Of a DNA stretch of 64,000 nt, positions 1 to 13,640 are shown piece by piece; within the stretch, counting starts at the first letter, position 1, and each line of letters starts with the position of its first letter. The translations under genes were made by a program, and so were the position numbers. Source of the DNA: Callorhinchus milii (Eukaryota); assembly GCF_018977255.1 (NCBI RefSeq), contig NW_024704742.1, positions 91,204,001 to 91,268,000 on the forward strand. The letters are read 5' to 3'. The notes under the pieces are model-generated. The model was not told the DNA's origin. It did not search any database and saw only the letters and a list, made by a program, of their open reading frames with translations.

Positions 1-200
1 TATGCCCCATTGTTCTGGATTACCCCACCAAAGGAAATAGTTCCTCTGTATCTACCCTATCAAATCCCTTTATTATTTTGAAAACCTCAATCAGATAACC
101 CATCAACCATCTAAACTCAAGGGAATTGAAACCCTGTTTATGCAACCTGTCCTCATAATTTAACCCTTTAAGACCTGGTATAATTCTGGTGAATCTGCTG
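1..200 (-). mobile_element. CR1 LINE fragment (3' part of ORF2)
   Basis: Its reverse complement resembles the 3' ORF2 region of the CR1 copy near 28490-28690 (RFTR-IPG...GY..RL..LGL.SLE.R..RGDLIE type sequence). Confidence 0.75.
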
Positions 201-659
201 TCGCCATTTTCAGTGTTGCTCTGAATTTTGTCCCAATGTCAGACATTTCTGCAGATAGATTTGCAACAGTAAACAATTCCAAAAGCAAGAAGAACTTCCT
301 GTGCTATTTGTGACAGCTCTGGATAATCGGATGCCATTTTTGGACGAAAAATGCCCAAATTATCCAAAGGTAACAAATTGGAATATGTTGTGCCAAAAAA
401 CAATGAATAGTGTTTAACAAGCCAGGCTTTCTCAAACTGGTTTCAATATCAGTTTTGTCAGCAGAAAAAGTATTGAGCATTTGTGACTGAGACCTAGATG
501 GTAACATTTCAGTCATATTTCTGACAAGGAAGCAGGCTTGGAGTTGAGAATAAACAGATGACTGACTGTAAATCGTTTCCTGACTTTATGCAACCCAAGT
601 CTTCAATTTTCTCTGGTTGTATCATACAAGACAACATATTTATTCTATTTTTTATGACA

Positions 660-925
660 GCAGAATTCTACTCTGTTCAGTAGGAAGTTAAACATACAAT
701 GGCACAATTTGAAAAGAGAAGGAAGTCTTCTGCCACCCAATATTCTGTCCAACAATCCTACAGATAAAATTGGTCATTCATCTCATGGCTGTTTGTGGGA
801 CATTGTTGTGCACAAATTGATTGTCACATTGACCTACAAACTACACTTTACAGTAAATTCTCTGAAGGATTTTCAGACATCTTCATAATGTGAAAAAAGC
901 TATATCAAATGCAAAGATTGTTAAG
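660..925 (+). mobile_element. 5'-truncated long Deu-type SINE
   Basis: ggctgtttgtgggacattgttgtgcacaaattg core and gctatatcaaatgcaa tail shared with the 8510-8945 copy. Confidence 0.7.
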
Positions 926-1291
926 TAAACTCCAAAATGGATCCAGTGATGAATTATCCAATATGACTAGTCAGCCATTGGTCCTCACCTAATTCTCCCA
1001 GGTCTCTTGCTGCCGCGCTCTCCCTCTCTCTCTTTCGCTCTCTCGCTCAGCCAGCAACTGCTCACCCCAGACACCGCATCTGAGCATGCGCGCCCAACCT
1101 TCCCTAACCGCCCAACCAGGGAGTGAGGCCACAGCACTGCCCTCCAATAGAACAGAGGCCTCTGCCATGTAAGAGGTCTTCTTATAGAACAAGTTATCTG
1201 ATCAATTTTACATTGCAAGTAGTTTCAAGAATTTCTAAAATTCGACAAATTACACATTAAGCGGAGTGACGAGTAAAGTTTTGTGCCTCAT

Positions 1292-1630
1292 TAATAATAA
1301 TCCTTGTATGTGATGAAGTGCTTCACAAAATATACTGAAAAGTGAATTGACTGAATATTTTGTGGGTAAAATGCGGCAACCAATTGCGCACAGCAGTGTC
1401 CCACAAACAGTCATGGATTGAGTGACCAATTTATTATTATTTTTTTTGAAGGAATTATTACCCCAGAAAAGTGATCCACCAATCGACTAACAACTGGGTT
1501 CCTACATACTGTTAGGATACCAGAAGTGTGTGGAGTAAGCAAACATGCCCAATGTTTCACCCCATGGAATCGAACCCAGGTCCTATTGCTAACAAGGCGA
1601 GTGCTCTAACCACTAAGATACAGGACTCCA
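1292..1630 (-). mobile_element. Short tRNA-derived SINE with L2-type tail, full-length subfamily
   Basis: Minus strand reads ggagtcctgta..., B box ggttcgattcc, Deu-like gtttgtgggacactgctgtgcgcaattgg core, (TTA)n tail. Confidence 0.9.
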
Positions 1631-2735
1631 CAGGACTTCCCATATAAACTATTAACAGTTTATATGGGAAGTAATCAGGATATTGACAAAATGATGACTT
1701 AAGTGACAGTGATGAGTTAAGCCAGGTTAAGCCAGGTTGAGTTATCAAGAGTTCACGTATTTTATTTTTCTGTGGAAGGAAAAAAAAGAGTCCGAAAGGT
1801 TAAAATTACTGCACTAACTGAATAACATTTTGGTTAACCTCTGCTGGGGAAGGGGATGAGTTGGACAGAGTTTGCTTTTGTCTTATTCATGATAAATGAG
1901 TCCAGATTTACTATTTGTTGATGGAGAATGTTTTGAATGATTGATATTTAAAAAAAAGTGTTCACGATAGAATTTGAATGAAAAAAAATCCAGTGTTGTT
2001 GAGGAAAATGAATTGACCTTTCCAAATTGGGAATGGAGAAGCAATCGTGTCCCGTATTAGGTATATCCAAATAGGTTTTTATTTGGCATCAACTCTTTAA
2101 AAGAGATCTGTACAGTTCTATACAAGTGTTCAAGCAGATGTTCCTCACCCTTCCTCACTTCCAATTAGGACATTACTCATTATCTGAATAAGACCACATC
2201 ATGGTACTATCCAAAGCAAATACTGAAAGTACTTTCTGAAGTTATGGCCAAAGTCCTTTAATAGCTGCCAGAGGAGAAACAAATCAATGAAGGATTTAAC
2301 TTTGGAGAATCTACTGGCATTAAAATTTCAACTTTTGCGGAAGACTGATGAAAACAAGAATTGGAGCTACAAATAAAACTAACCACTGGTTGACAGGTTG
2401 AACAGACTGAATTTTTCCTACCGGGGAGCCAAAGTGACACACTTCTGCAGACAATGAGACAAAATGAAGCAAGGACTGTGCATATGGGTTGCATACTCCC
2501 CTAGAGTGGGGCAACATCGTAACTTATCATTGAATCATCGTAACATTTATTTTGGTCAGCTGGGTGTCTGACACACAAGGAAACCCATTGCCATCCTTAA
2601 GACTATCCAAACAAAGCTAAGAATTCCATGCATCCCACCTACAGATGGAAATTCCAGAGAGTTTGTTGGAACGTTGACTACAATAAATTATGAAAAGGAA
2701 ACAAAAACAAAATCTCATAAATAATATAACACATT

Positions 2736-3095
2736 ATAATAAGCCTTGCATTTGATATAGCACATTATCGCGTCTGCAAGACATCTCAAAGCGCTTCACT
2801 GTATATACTGTAAAGTGAATTGACTGTATATTTTGTCAGTGAAACATGGCAGCCAATTGTGCACAGAAGTGTCCCACAAACAGTGGTGGATTGAAGTGAC
2901 AAATTTATAATTTTTTTTCAAAGGAATTATTACCCCCGGAAAAGTAATCCACCAATCAACTGACAACCGGGTACCTACTTACTGCTAGGTGAACAGATAT
3001 GTGGAGTAAGGAAACTTGCCCAACTTTTCGCCCTGCTGGGAATCAAACCCACGTATCTCGCTTGCGAGGCGAGCGCTCTAACCACTGAACTACAG
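2736..3095 (-). mobile_element. Short tRNA-derived SINE, full-length subfamily
   Basis: Collinear with the 1292-1630 and 18500-18845 copies. Confidence 0.9.
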
Positions 3096-5099
3096 CCAAT
3101 TGGAAAGATCGTGGCGACAGAGGTTTATAATCTAAAAGTTCCTTTTACATGGGCAATAAAAAATTGAGAATGTAAAGCATAAAAATCTTCCTACCAAAAA
3201 GGGCAAGGTGTTTTGACATCTTTCATACCAGGCATATATTTACATAATACTTACTCATTAATCAACTGCATTTTTTTTTACCCCCTACTGTTGATATTAT
3301 GCACAAAAACTTTCCAGTGACTGATAACATGTTTTTACAAAACTGACAGTAATGTTGAAAGACTTCCTCCACTGACTAAGCTACATCATATGCTTTACAC
3401 AGGCCTAATTAAACCCCTTGATAAATTCTGAAATTCTCAACCTTGCAACTGAAAGTTGCTGGCTACCTTTGTGTAATACAAACAACAATGATAAGTCATT
3501 GAATACCCATTAATTTCCAACAAGCGTGAGTTCATGGTCCTCCTTGAGCATGTGATGGCCTGATATCCGGCAAGCAGTGCAGGAGAGAATAGGATAAATC
3601 AAGTTTAATAACTCTGCTCCTAATTGTTCCACCAATGCTCAACTCTAATTACTCAGAGAACTCTCTCGACTGTCACCTGATATTAAGTTGTTGGAAGCTG
3701 AGCGAGGAGCAGCAAGATAATCAATAAACATTTAGTGAAGATCCTGCTATGTAGTGGGAACCTGCAGCACCCAAAGCCCTTCTGTTCATGATAAAGCCTA
3801 AGGGATAGCTAGACTGATTGCAAAGCAATAATCCAAAGCACTGTTTTAAGGTTCTGAGACCTTCAGGCGATTGTAAGTTAGAAAGAAAAAGGTGAGCATG
3901 GTCATCCTAATTACAGCCTACTTTCATACACTTCACACATTAGCAAAGACAGGCCAATTAGGTAGAGAAAAAGATAAGGAAAGTTTTATTTGTATACTAA
4001 TTAAACCCCAATGAAATTAAACTAAAAACATACAGCTCGGCAATTGTGTGTCTGAGAGAGGTCAATAAGGCAACACTTATCTGAATTGCACACACCACAG
4101 CTTAATCTGAGGCACAGCACATACCAAGCATCAAGAGTCATAAAAAATGATGTAAGTTAATCGCACAAGTCGATAATGCTACGTTTTCTTCTGCTTTATT
4201 GCAGTATTAGAAGCACAAAGAAAACTTCAAACTGAACAAGTTTAATTTTTTAATTTAACTTTAGCTGACAAAATGGGTTCTTCTAAACAGTCATTTCAAA
4301 CATATTTCAGAACACTCCCATTAATAATGCAAATTCAAAGCAATCTTTTACACAACACTGCCAATATAAAAACAAATTTAATTGAAATAAAATGCCCATG
4401 TGTTGAAATTCATGCAAAATATATATTTTATATACACTATATAGGTGAGTGTGGGCATGACCATGTGTGTATAATAGCTCTCAAAATTACTGTTTTGTGA
4501 AAGTTTTATTTTTCTGTTAACCATTTTAACCATTTAAATTATACAGTCCACTAACCACTTATTCTCTATTTAGTCGCTCAATTACTTTTGTATTAAGGTC
4601 ATAGGCCGCAATCTATTCATTTGACCGTAGAAAGGTTTTGTATGATCAACATAAAAAANTTGCCCTTTTGAAATATTATTTTAAAATTATGGAGATGGAG
4701 GAATAAAGGGGGAATTCTTTGGTCAAGATGAAACTGGGCATCATCTTTGATAGAAAAATTGAGTTGGGGCAAAAAGGCAAGCTCAGTAAAGCTCAGTAAA
4801 GCTATTGATAATCAGTAACTTGATATTGTTTACTTTATGAGCAGCAACAAATGAAATAGACAATACAATCTTTCAAGTTGCTTGTTTGAAAGATGGTTGA
4901 GAAGAAGCAAATTAAAATTTCAGAAAAAAAATTTAGAATTTAAATTCCAATTGGGAACCAATGGTTTAACACTATTCATAAATCTGAAGATAAAAGATGC
5001 TCTCCCACCAAACTGATAGATTACGGAAGACTTCAATTGCTACTCAATGCCACTGACCAAAATGAAATTAGATTTTGATCAAACATTTAACCAAACATT

Positions 5100-5462
5100 T
5101 GTAAAGGATTATTACCCCTGGAAAGTGATCCACCAATCGACAAACAAATGGGTTCCTACTTTTCCTACTTACTGCTAGGTAAACAGAGGCGTGTGTGTAT
5201 CGCGTGTCTGTGGAGTATACCTTAAACTTCCTTCTCTTTTCGAATTGTGCAATGGGATCTTTTAACATATGGCTAAATACGCAGATTGGACCTCGATTTA
5301 ACATTTCATCCAAAGGATGGAACCTCTAACAAAACAGCACATGCCCAGCACTGCATTGAAGTGTCAGCTTACACTATGTAAATTCAAAATCCAGACTAGG
5401 GCTTAAATTTACAACCTTCTGACTCAGAAGCAAGACTGCTATCAACCGAGCCAGATTGATGC
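5100..5462 (-). mobile_element. Composite SINE remnant: short-family middle segment (5100-5220) joined to long-family 5' half (5225-5462)
   Basis: gtgatccaccaatcga...ttactgctagg segment as at 1470-1540, followed by gggatcttttaacat...ttctgactcagaagcaagactgctatcaaccgagcc as in the long family. Confidence 0.75.
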
Positions 5463-7353
5463 AAGGATTTGCAGGTAAATTAGAAATGAAAAGAACCAAG
5501 ACTTTTTTTTAGATGAACAGCACTGCACAAACTGTTTCTATTTTGTAGCCTAGGGTGAATTATTAGATGATTCACAGGAAGACAATAGCATATTCAAGAA
5601 GTAGGTAATCAGTGGAAACTGGTTATTACCCAACACTTAGGACTTAGGACAGGATGTCTTTCTAGGGGGCGGAGGGGAGAGAAGGAGAATCCTCTTCCCC
5701 CTTCTTTTCTCTAATTTTCTATACCCTGTGGGAATGGGGAGGAAAGATTGAACATACAGGGGAACAAACCATCCAGTCTGGAAAAACTACTATGTTACTT
5801 TACTATTTTGATATCACATTGGTGCAATGGAATTATTTTCATTTCCACTGATATCTTTCATCCCAAGTGTTTTAAAACTTATTACAGTATCAAATCTTTG
5901 GAGTGTTACACTGCCTCTAATGACTAATTTTTTTTGTCAAAGTATTGATTCGCAAAATAATAAAGATTTTCATCCACAAATACAATGGCTGGGTTAAAAA
6001 AAAGTAAAACTTTAATTCACTGAAAGTACTATTGAACCTGTGCAACATTAGAAAATAAGCCCTGCATATGATCTTTAAATTGCCTACAAACCTTCTTATA
6101 ATTGTATCAGACATAAAATAAATTGGGAACCTTTAAAACAGTACAAGTTATTCTATCAATATTTATGGTTTCAAAAGCTTAGTTCCATTACAGTATCTAT
6201 TAATAGGATACGCTCTTACATCTGTCTGTATCCATGTACAATGCATTTCTAAACTGATCAAGATAAGAAATGTTGTAATGGAACACTTTTCCACTTTTGT
6301 CACCCTTTACTGCTATCAAGTTATATACTGCAATATCAGATAGAGTGAAACTTGTAGGGGTTGAAGAAACATTAAGATTCTGCACAGGCGTCATGAGCTG
6401 GAATGAGAAGCCTGAATAAGATAAGAGTCAGAGCCAGAGGTTGGCCAAATTCATTTCACGTAGGAACTTAATTGATAGCGAGCAGATTTTCATATCATTA
6501 CTCAAGGATGGATCTGAGAAGTTCCTGATCTGAGAAGTAACAGAACTGTGTGATAATTCCATGAGCTAACAAGTCTCATACTTTTATTTTATAGGATATA
6601 TTTATCAGTGTTCAAAACAATCAGCTGTACTTTACAAATCACTGCTTCGGTTAAGTGCACACACTTCAACATTACTAAATAGTCTCTTATTGGATTGTCA
6701 TTCTGAAGTACAGATTTCAGGCTATAACATGGTTCTAATATCTCAGAGGCTGCATTTTTAGCGAATAAAATGGCCGACACTGACATCACTTCTCATGATT
6801 TGCACGCTATATACACGAAGCAACGCTGATATCATTTCCTACAACCTGAAGACCTGAAAGTCTGCCATTTCTTGGTGCAGGAAGCCAGGTATACAACAAA
6901 TTTACATTTATGCCTTTCATGTCAGAAAGATGTCTCAAGGCACTGGACAGTCCAGGGTTTGCTACCCGAGCTAGGAGTGAGAACGGGGTTGGGCCAGGGG
7001 AAGATGAACGAAGACACGGTCAAAATAAAAGATCTTGAGGCGAACCTGGAAGGAGTCGAGAGGAGGGGTTTGAGGGTTAGCATGAGACAACAAAACACTA
7101 GTGCTACTTGACTATTTTATTACAGAAAAATAAAGGTCAATCATATGAGTTTAAAATCAGTTATTTTTGTAATGAATTTTTGCAATACTGCTTCATTAGT
7201 TCAGCCAAACAAAAAATGGACATGAATAAGAATATTACATTATTATCCATGATAATTGCTATTTTTGATGCTTTTGCTTTAGGTTTGAAGGGTTAATAAA
7301 CAGAAACTCTCTGTGGGGTTAAAGGGAGACTATTTTTGGACTTCTTGTGCTCC

Positions 7354-7459
7354 GAGTGGATCGATGGGTAGAGTGGATCGATGGGTAGAGTGGATCGATG
7401 GGTAGAGTGGATCGATGGGTAGAGTGGATCGATGGGTAGAGTGGATCGATGGGTAGAGT
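7354..7459. repeat. Minisatellite: 6 perfect copies of GAGTGGATCGATGGGTA (17 bp) plus GAGT
   Basis: Read directly; units start at 7354, 7371, 7388, 7405, 7422 and 7439. Confidence 0.97.
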
Positions 7460-8190
7460 ATTACTACGATTACTGGGGGAAATTCTAATTTATGGATTCT
7501 ATTTTTGAATATTCTATGATTCTGTTCTATAAACGGCAACTTGTGTGAGGTGCCAGATCCTGGAAAACTATGCATCAATATTAGTTGCTTCCTTTATGAG
7601 AGAGGACAGAAGGAAATAAAACTACACACATTTTTGATTGAGTTATTTGGTAACTGTATGCTTTCAACACACCAACAGCATGTAATAACAAATTACAGGC
7701 GACAGACAGATCAATTTTATGTTTTCTAAAAGTCATCATAGATATAAACGACTACAAAGGAAAACAGCCTTGGAAAACAGTGAAAAGATAATGCTTGTAC
7801 ATGCTTGTTGAGAAAATCAAAGAAGGCACCCCACAAAGCACGGATAAAACTCAAAATTATCTCACGCGAGAGGATGATTGCATGGAGCTCTTCTTCAAAA
7901 GTAAGATGATGATTACATTTCACAGTGCTCTGTAGGATGTCCCAATGTCTTTTTTCCTCTATCTTTCTCTGACAAAGTTCAAGATTAAGCAGAGCCATTG
8001 TTATGGCTAATGTAAACGATTTTTTTTAAGACCACAATATACAGGGTAAAAGAGCATCATTAGGTAAATTTATTTGAAGAGTACCCATGAATTAACCAAG
8101 ACAAAATAAATGGATCAGAATTAGTTGTGAACTAATGCAACTTATTGTCAGATTATGATGAGACACAAATCACTCTTGCCAATGTGGTCA

Positions 8191-8391
<201 letters not shown>

Positions 8392-8509
8392 CTACCAATT
8401 ACAAAAAGATTTATGAAATATGCGATTGTAAGTTATCATTAAGTTATGCAGCATCACAAAAATACTTCATTAAACTATTTGAACTATAGTAACTATGAAT
8501 ACTGGTGTG

Positions 8510-8945
8510 CAAGCCTAGCTCAATTGCTTGCACTTTCGCCTCTGAGTTAGAAGTTTGTGAGCACAAGCCCCACATCAGGACCCATTTAGTTTATGCTGAC
8601 ATTTCAATGCAGTACTTGGGGTGTGCTGCAGTGTTGGAGGAGCCATCCTTCACATGAGAATTTAAATTAAGGTCCCGTTTGCCTGTTCAGGTGGCTGTTA
8701 AATATCTCATGGCACTATTCAAAAAGTTAAGGGAATTTATCCCGGTATCCTGGTCAATAATTCTCCAAATAAAATTGGTGATTCACTTCATGGCTGTTCA
8801 TGGAACATTGCTGTACCCGATTTGACTTTCACATTAGCCCACAAAATACAAAGTCATCACGTTTTACAGTACATCTGTGAAGTGCATGGAGACATCTCAA
8901 CAACATGATAAGGCACTATATCAAATGCATGGATTATGTTATTAC
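8510..8945 (+). mobile_element. Long (about 430 bp) tRNA-derived Deu-domain SINE, SacSINE1/AmnSINE1-like
   Basis: tRNA-like head (tagctcaattg...cctctgagttagaag), Deu-like body (ctcatggcactattc...ggctgttcatggaacattgctgt), L2-type tail ggcactatatcaaatgca. Confidence 0.85.
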
Positions 8946-9871
8946 ATAAAATAATATTGTGCAGTATTTTATTGCTGATTTTTGAGGGGAGCCCCAGCTC
9001 TCGTATCTCAATTTAACTTAATCAATAAGGTGTTCTCTAAACAATATTATTATTGAGGTCGGTTTGATCTAACATTGTTTCAAATACAGAGTGTAATATT
9101 GTGTCTGATTATTTTAAGAATAGAAATTCTGTAGATATAACAAGGAAAAGTGTCAATGAATGGCTTGTGTCCTTTATAACTGGGCCTGTGAATAAGCATC
9201 ATCGCAAACAATTTCAACACAGCTTTAAACAATAGTGGCCTGTCAAACAAAAGCCCTGAGTGGAGAATGAAGCTGGCCAAAACCTTCAAGTTAGGACATA
9301 CCAATTGGAAAACCAGAACTCTATTGGAACATCTTGACTAATATTTCCAGTTAAAATTTATAGATGCTACAGATTTTATATTGGTAATCTGGAGCTCCAA
9401 AGTACTTATTAGAATATTTATGGCTATATAGTGGTGCAGCCTGAAAAATAAACACAACCAGTTTTGATTGCTTTGGGAATGATGTTTGTTCTCCCTCCCT
9501 TTCTTGGGTATTATATGAGAGAGAGTGCAGCCAGAGCCAGGACTCTACTTCATTGCATATTTAATGGGTTATAAGAAATTTCCTAATACAAAATGCTATC
9601 CCAGAGAGCAAATTATGTGATAGAGAAATATTTATCACCAAAATTAATGTAGACCAGCATGGTGAAATGACGTTACTGAGGCTGATACACTATTTCCTAA
9701 GTGGCCTACTACCAACAAGATCTTAAAAGAAAACGAACAATAAACTCATTACTTTATACACTTGAAAAAATCAGGACAGCAGGTATAGAAAATATATTTA
9801 TGCCATTTAGATGTTTTCGCACAAATAATGTGAGCTCAAGTGCAAATACCTGAAGATCATTTTTCCTCTTA

Positions 9872-10177
<306 letters not shown>

Positions 10178-11699
10178 CTAAGTGAAGAACACAAAATATT
10201 TGGGAATATAGGGTTAACAACTTACTAAAATGGCATAAAAGTTAAACCATTCAAAGAAGGATGCAATTGAATGAGGAAAAAGTGTTGATTTGATGACATT
10301 TTCTTTGGTTTAAATTTATTGTCAACTTATTGTTGTTAAAAGAACATTTATTACTGATGAAAGCCTATTCTACCCTGCCCTGCACTAATAATGTTTTTTA
10401 GGTTGTTAATGTTAAGGGTTATTCTCCAATGCACAAGATGCAAATTACTACATAAACTCTTTCATTGGAACACAGGGATACTGCTCAAGCATCTACTGCT
10501 ACAAGAAGCTAATTGTATATTTTAAACAAATATTAACTACTATAATTTACTGATGATCATCATGACCAAATAAAACATATAAAATCAATCTACGAATAAA
10601 GTAAGCCACATAATTCAAATATTGTTTTGTTCCCTTAATTATCACACTCAAGAGTTTAAAAACACGCCATAAAATTGAGATACAAACTCAAAACCCAAGT
10701 GCCTATTTTCAAACATCCAAGGTACCTTAACTGTTTTAGTAAGACAATAGGACATATCAAAGAGTAAAACAATTTAGGCTGGATTCAAGCACTTCATTGG
10801 CATGAACTCTACATAAAGGTTTGAACAAACACATACTCTGGATGGTGTTGAAGCGAGAAATGGGATTGAATGCCATTTCTAGAATGAGTAAAAGTAAAGC
10901 CACTGCTTTACTGTAATAAATTATTAAAATAATAGTTTGATCAGGTTGGCTGGGAAGCATTAATTCCCAGTAGAGTCCAAAATTCTAAGAACCTAAAAGG
11001 GAAAGAAAGTCTAGAGGGATTACTTTATGTTCAAAGTACTCCCCCGAGTTATAGAACAAAAATATTGTATATCGTATTCTACCTTTAGTGAGAACTCCTT
11101 GCTTTTTACTGTGCACTTGGGACCAATTTCCTCAGCTGCCAGCTCTGTCAGGTGCCATCGCTGCCAGGAAGAAAGCTGGCACATCCCAGAATGGTTTCAT
11201 TTTGTTTAACAGAATAGGATTGATGGACTGGTCTGGGAGTTGATCCAAAGACCTCTAATGCTGGCTGTGCATTATATTATATACTGAATGTTATAGAAGC
11301 TCCAGACTGGTTTAAAGTGTTTGCTTTTATTAATCCAAATGGAGTTATTTCTGCATGTACCAAACTTCACCCTGTAACATATGCCACCAGATCAGAGGAG
11401 GCACATCAAAGAGTTGTGCTAAAAGTGGTGATTATTACCAAAAAGTAATATAGTTTTATAACAATACTATTTTCCTCTATGAACAGGGAAAATAGTTTGA
11501 ATTGAATTTTTTTATTTTCCTTTACTCAAAATAGGTCAGTGTGCACAAACTAACATCTAAGAACACGAGGGCTTTACACACAAGATTTCAAACTAATTTA
11601 AACTCTCATCTTTCACACTGCATTTTAAAACTTTGTTTTTATACACGATAGTGTCAATAAAGCAACAAATGGTTAATAATTGTAAACTGTTCACATTAC

Positions 11700-11926
11700 C
11701 TTAATGGGCACAGTGACTCCAATTCCTTGTTTTACTGCCTTGGCATTAGCTCTGCAGAGCCCATGGCCTAATATCTGTATTAATGAACCCTTCTGCCCAT
11801 ATCCAAAGTATCTGTCATACACAACTGGATCATTTTCCATCTCCACACTTATTCTGTCCATGAGTTTTGAAAATGAATTCTTAGCTGCATTTGCAATGAA
11901 ACGGCTTGTAGGAAGGGGATTTGTGT
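11700..11926 (-). CDS. CCDC171: CCDC171 coding exon, 227 nt, phase 1-0
   Basis: gtttag|AC...AAG|gtaatg; TNPLPTSRFIANAAKNSFSKLMDRISVEMEND...GSLIQILGHGLCRANAKAVKQGIGVTVPIK (human AAKNSFAKLMDKIS...). Confidence 0.95.
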
Positions 11927-13640
11927 CTAAACAGGAAGAAAAACATGAACCTTGTAAGAACTATACTTTTGGAGCAACGTTTACTTAAATATACATTAGA
12001 TACTAAAAAAATTTAGGAAGAAATATTTTAAACAGGTCTACACTTTGTTGCTAAACGCCATCTCTTAACCCCTGATGCCTTGATATTTATATCCTGTGGA
12101 GTTAGGCTGTAATTTACCTTTTTATTCTGAGGCAATTAAATTTTTACTACTAGCACAATTACTTATTTCCCCTGTGGAGTTTGGTAATTATCCTTCTCAT
12201 ATGATGGTTTTATGGCCTCAGTACAACAAACATGTTCAGCTCACTGCTAGTTTTGTCAGGTTTATAATTAATAAATGTGTTTTATGTAGATAAATAAAAT
12301 TATCAGTGCTAATACTGGTTAGTATTCCAAATACCCTGCATTTCTAAGTAGCTTTATTTGAGATTTAATAAGCATTATTTCCCTCCTCTTTCAGGTATGG
12401 GTTTTCACAGAAAATCTTAATCCATCTGTTGCTGTCTATGTACCAAAATACAGAGATAATTATAGAAAAGGTTTTATACATTCTGTAGCTCTGATGAAGT
12501 CAAGAAAACAACGTTGCAAAGCAGTGTATAGGATGATCATATCAGAGGAACTGCCTTGCAACATATGAGGCTTGAAATGAATTCAAGACTACTTGCCAAA
12601 AGCAAGTAATTAACAAAGCAAACTCATCAAGTTTACTAATTATTCAATATTGTAGAGTTGGTACAGCGAGGTGTGATTGCTTCTTTCAACAACTCTGTTG
12701 AATAAAAGGTTTTTTTTCACAATTTGAAAACCAAAGGTGAAGTTCTTTCATTTGTTTAAAACTACCAAAGTATGATTGAACATGTTTACCTCAGCAAATA
12801 GCTTCAAAAGGTGTTTTTTAATAGATATATAAAAGGAGGCAATGGGACTGAAGCAAACATGTTTATTTTGATAATTGAATGGATGTTTATGATCCTGACC
12901 ACATAAATATTAATGAAAATAACAGGGCATTTTCACTTAAAGGAGCAGAAATTGTGCTCCCATGCCACTTCAAGAGATGGAGAGTGAACACAATTCTAAA
13001 CTGAATGAATCAAGCAGTGCAGTGTATGAAAATATTTTAATTTGTTCCCCTGAATGTGATAGTTCCATCAAATCTGCAAGGGGATTTTCAGAAGACACGT
13101 ATTTTGCAATACCTGGCAACTGACTGGATGTATACAACAGCATTTAGTTTAAACTATCAGTAGCCTCTTTATAAAAAGCACTGTTTGCAATCAAACATAG
13201 TAAGTACAACAGTGGCTAAAAACAGAATTACATGATACACTAGCTCCCACCTAATGGTGTACAAATGTACTACAGTTAAAATTAAAACTAAAAAAGGTTA
13301 CTGCAAGTGCAAAATTGATGAAATTGATGAATTAAGCTGAAATTGATCGTTTTATCCGTGCATTTTACTTTTAGAAGATAATACAAGTTTTTATTCTAAC
13401 AGAATTTAAATTGTTTTAGACTACCTGTAATAGCAATTATCTGCCTTTAGGATATTACACTTCCCCACCCTCAAAACCTGCTTTAAGACCTATCTTTTCA
13501 ACACTGCTTTTAGTGACCTTCTCAACCCAAGAGAGTTTTATCAACACCAGTCAGGGAAGATGTGTCTATCCTGAAGCCCCACATAAACTGTAATTGGGTG
13601 TCTCTGAACAGCTATGAGGATAGTCAATATTGTAGACAAC

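Noticed and set aside
4659..4659. Ambiguous base N (also at 61338)
   Set aside because: Sequencing ambiguity next to homopolymer runs, not biology.
7354..7459. CRISPR-like array
   Set aside because: Units are head-to-tail with no spacers, and the context is a vertebrate intron.
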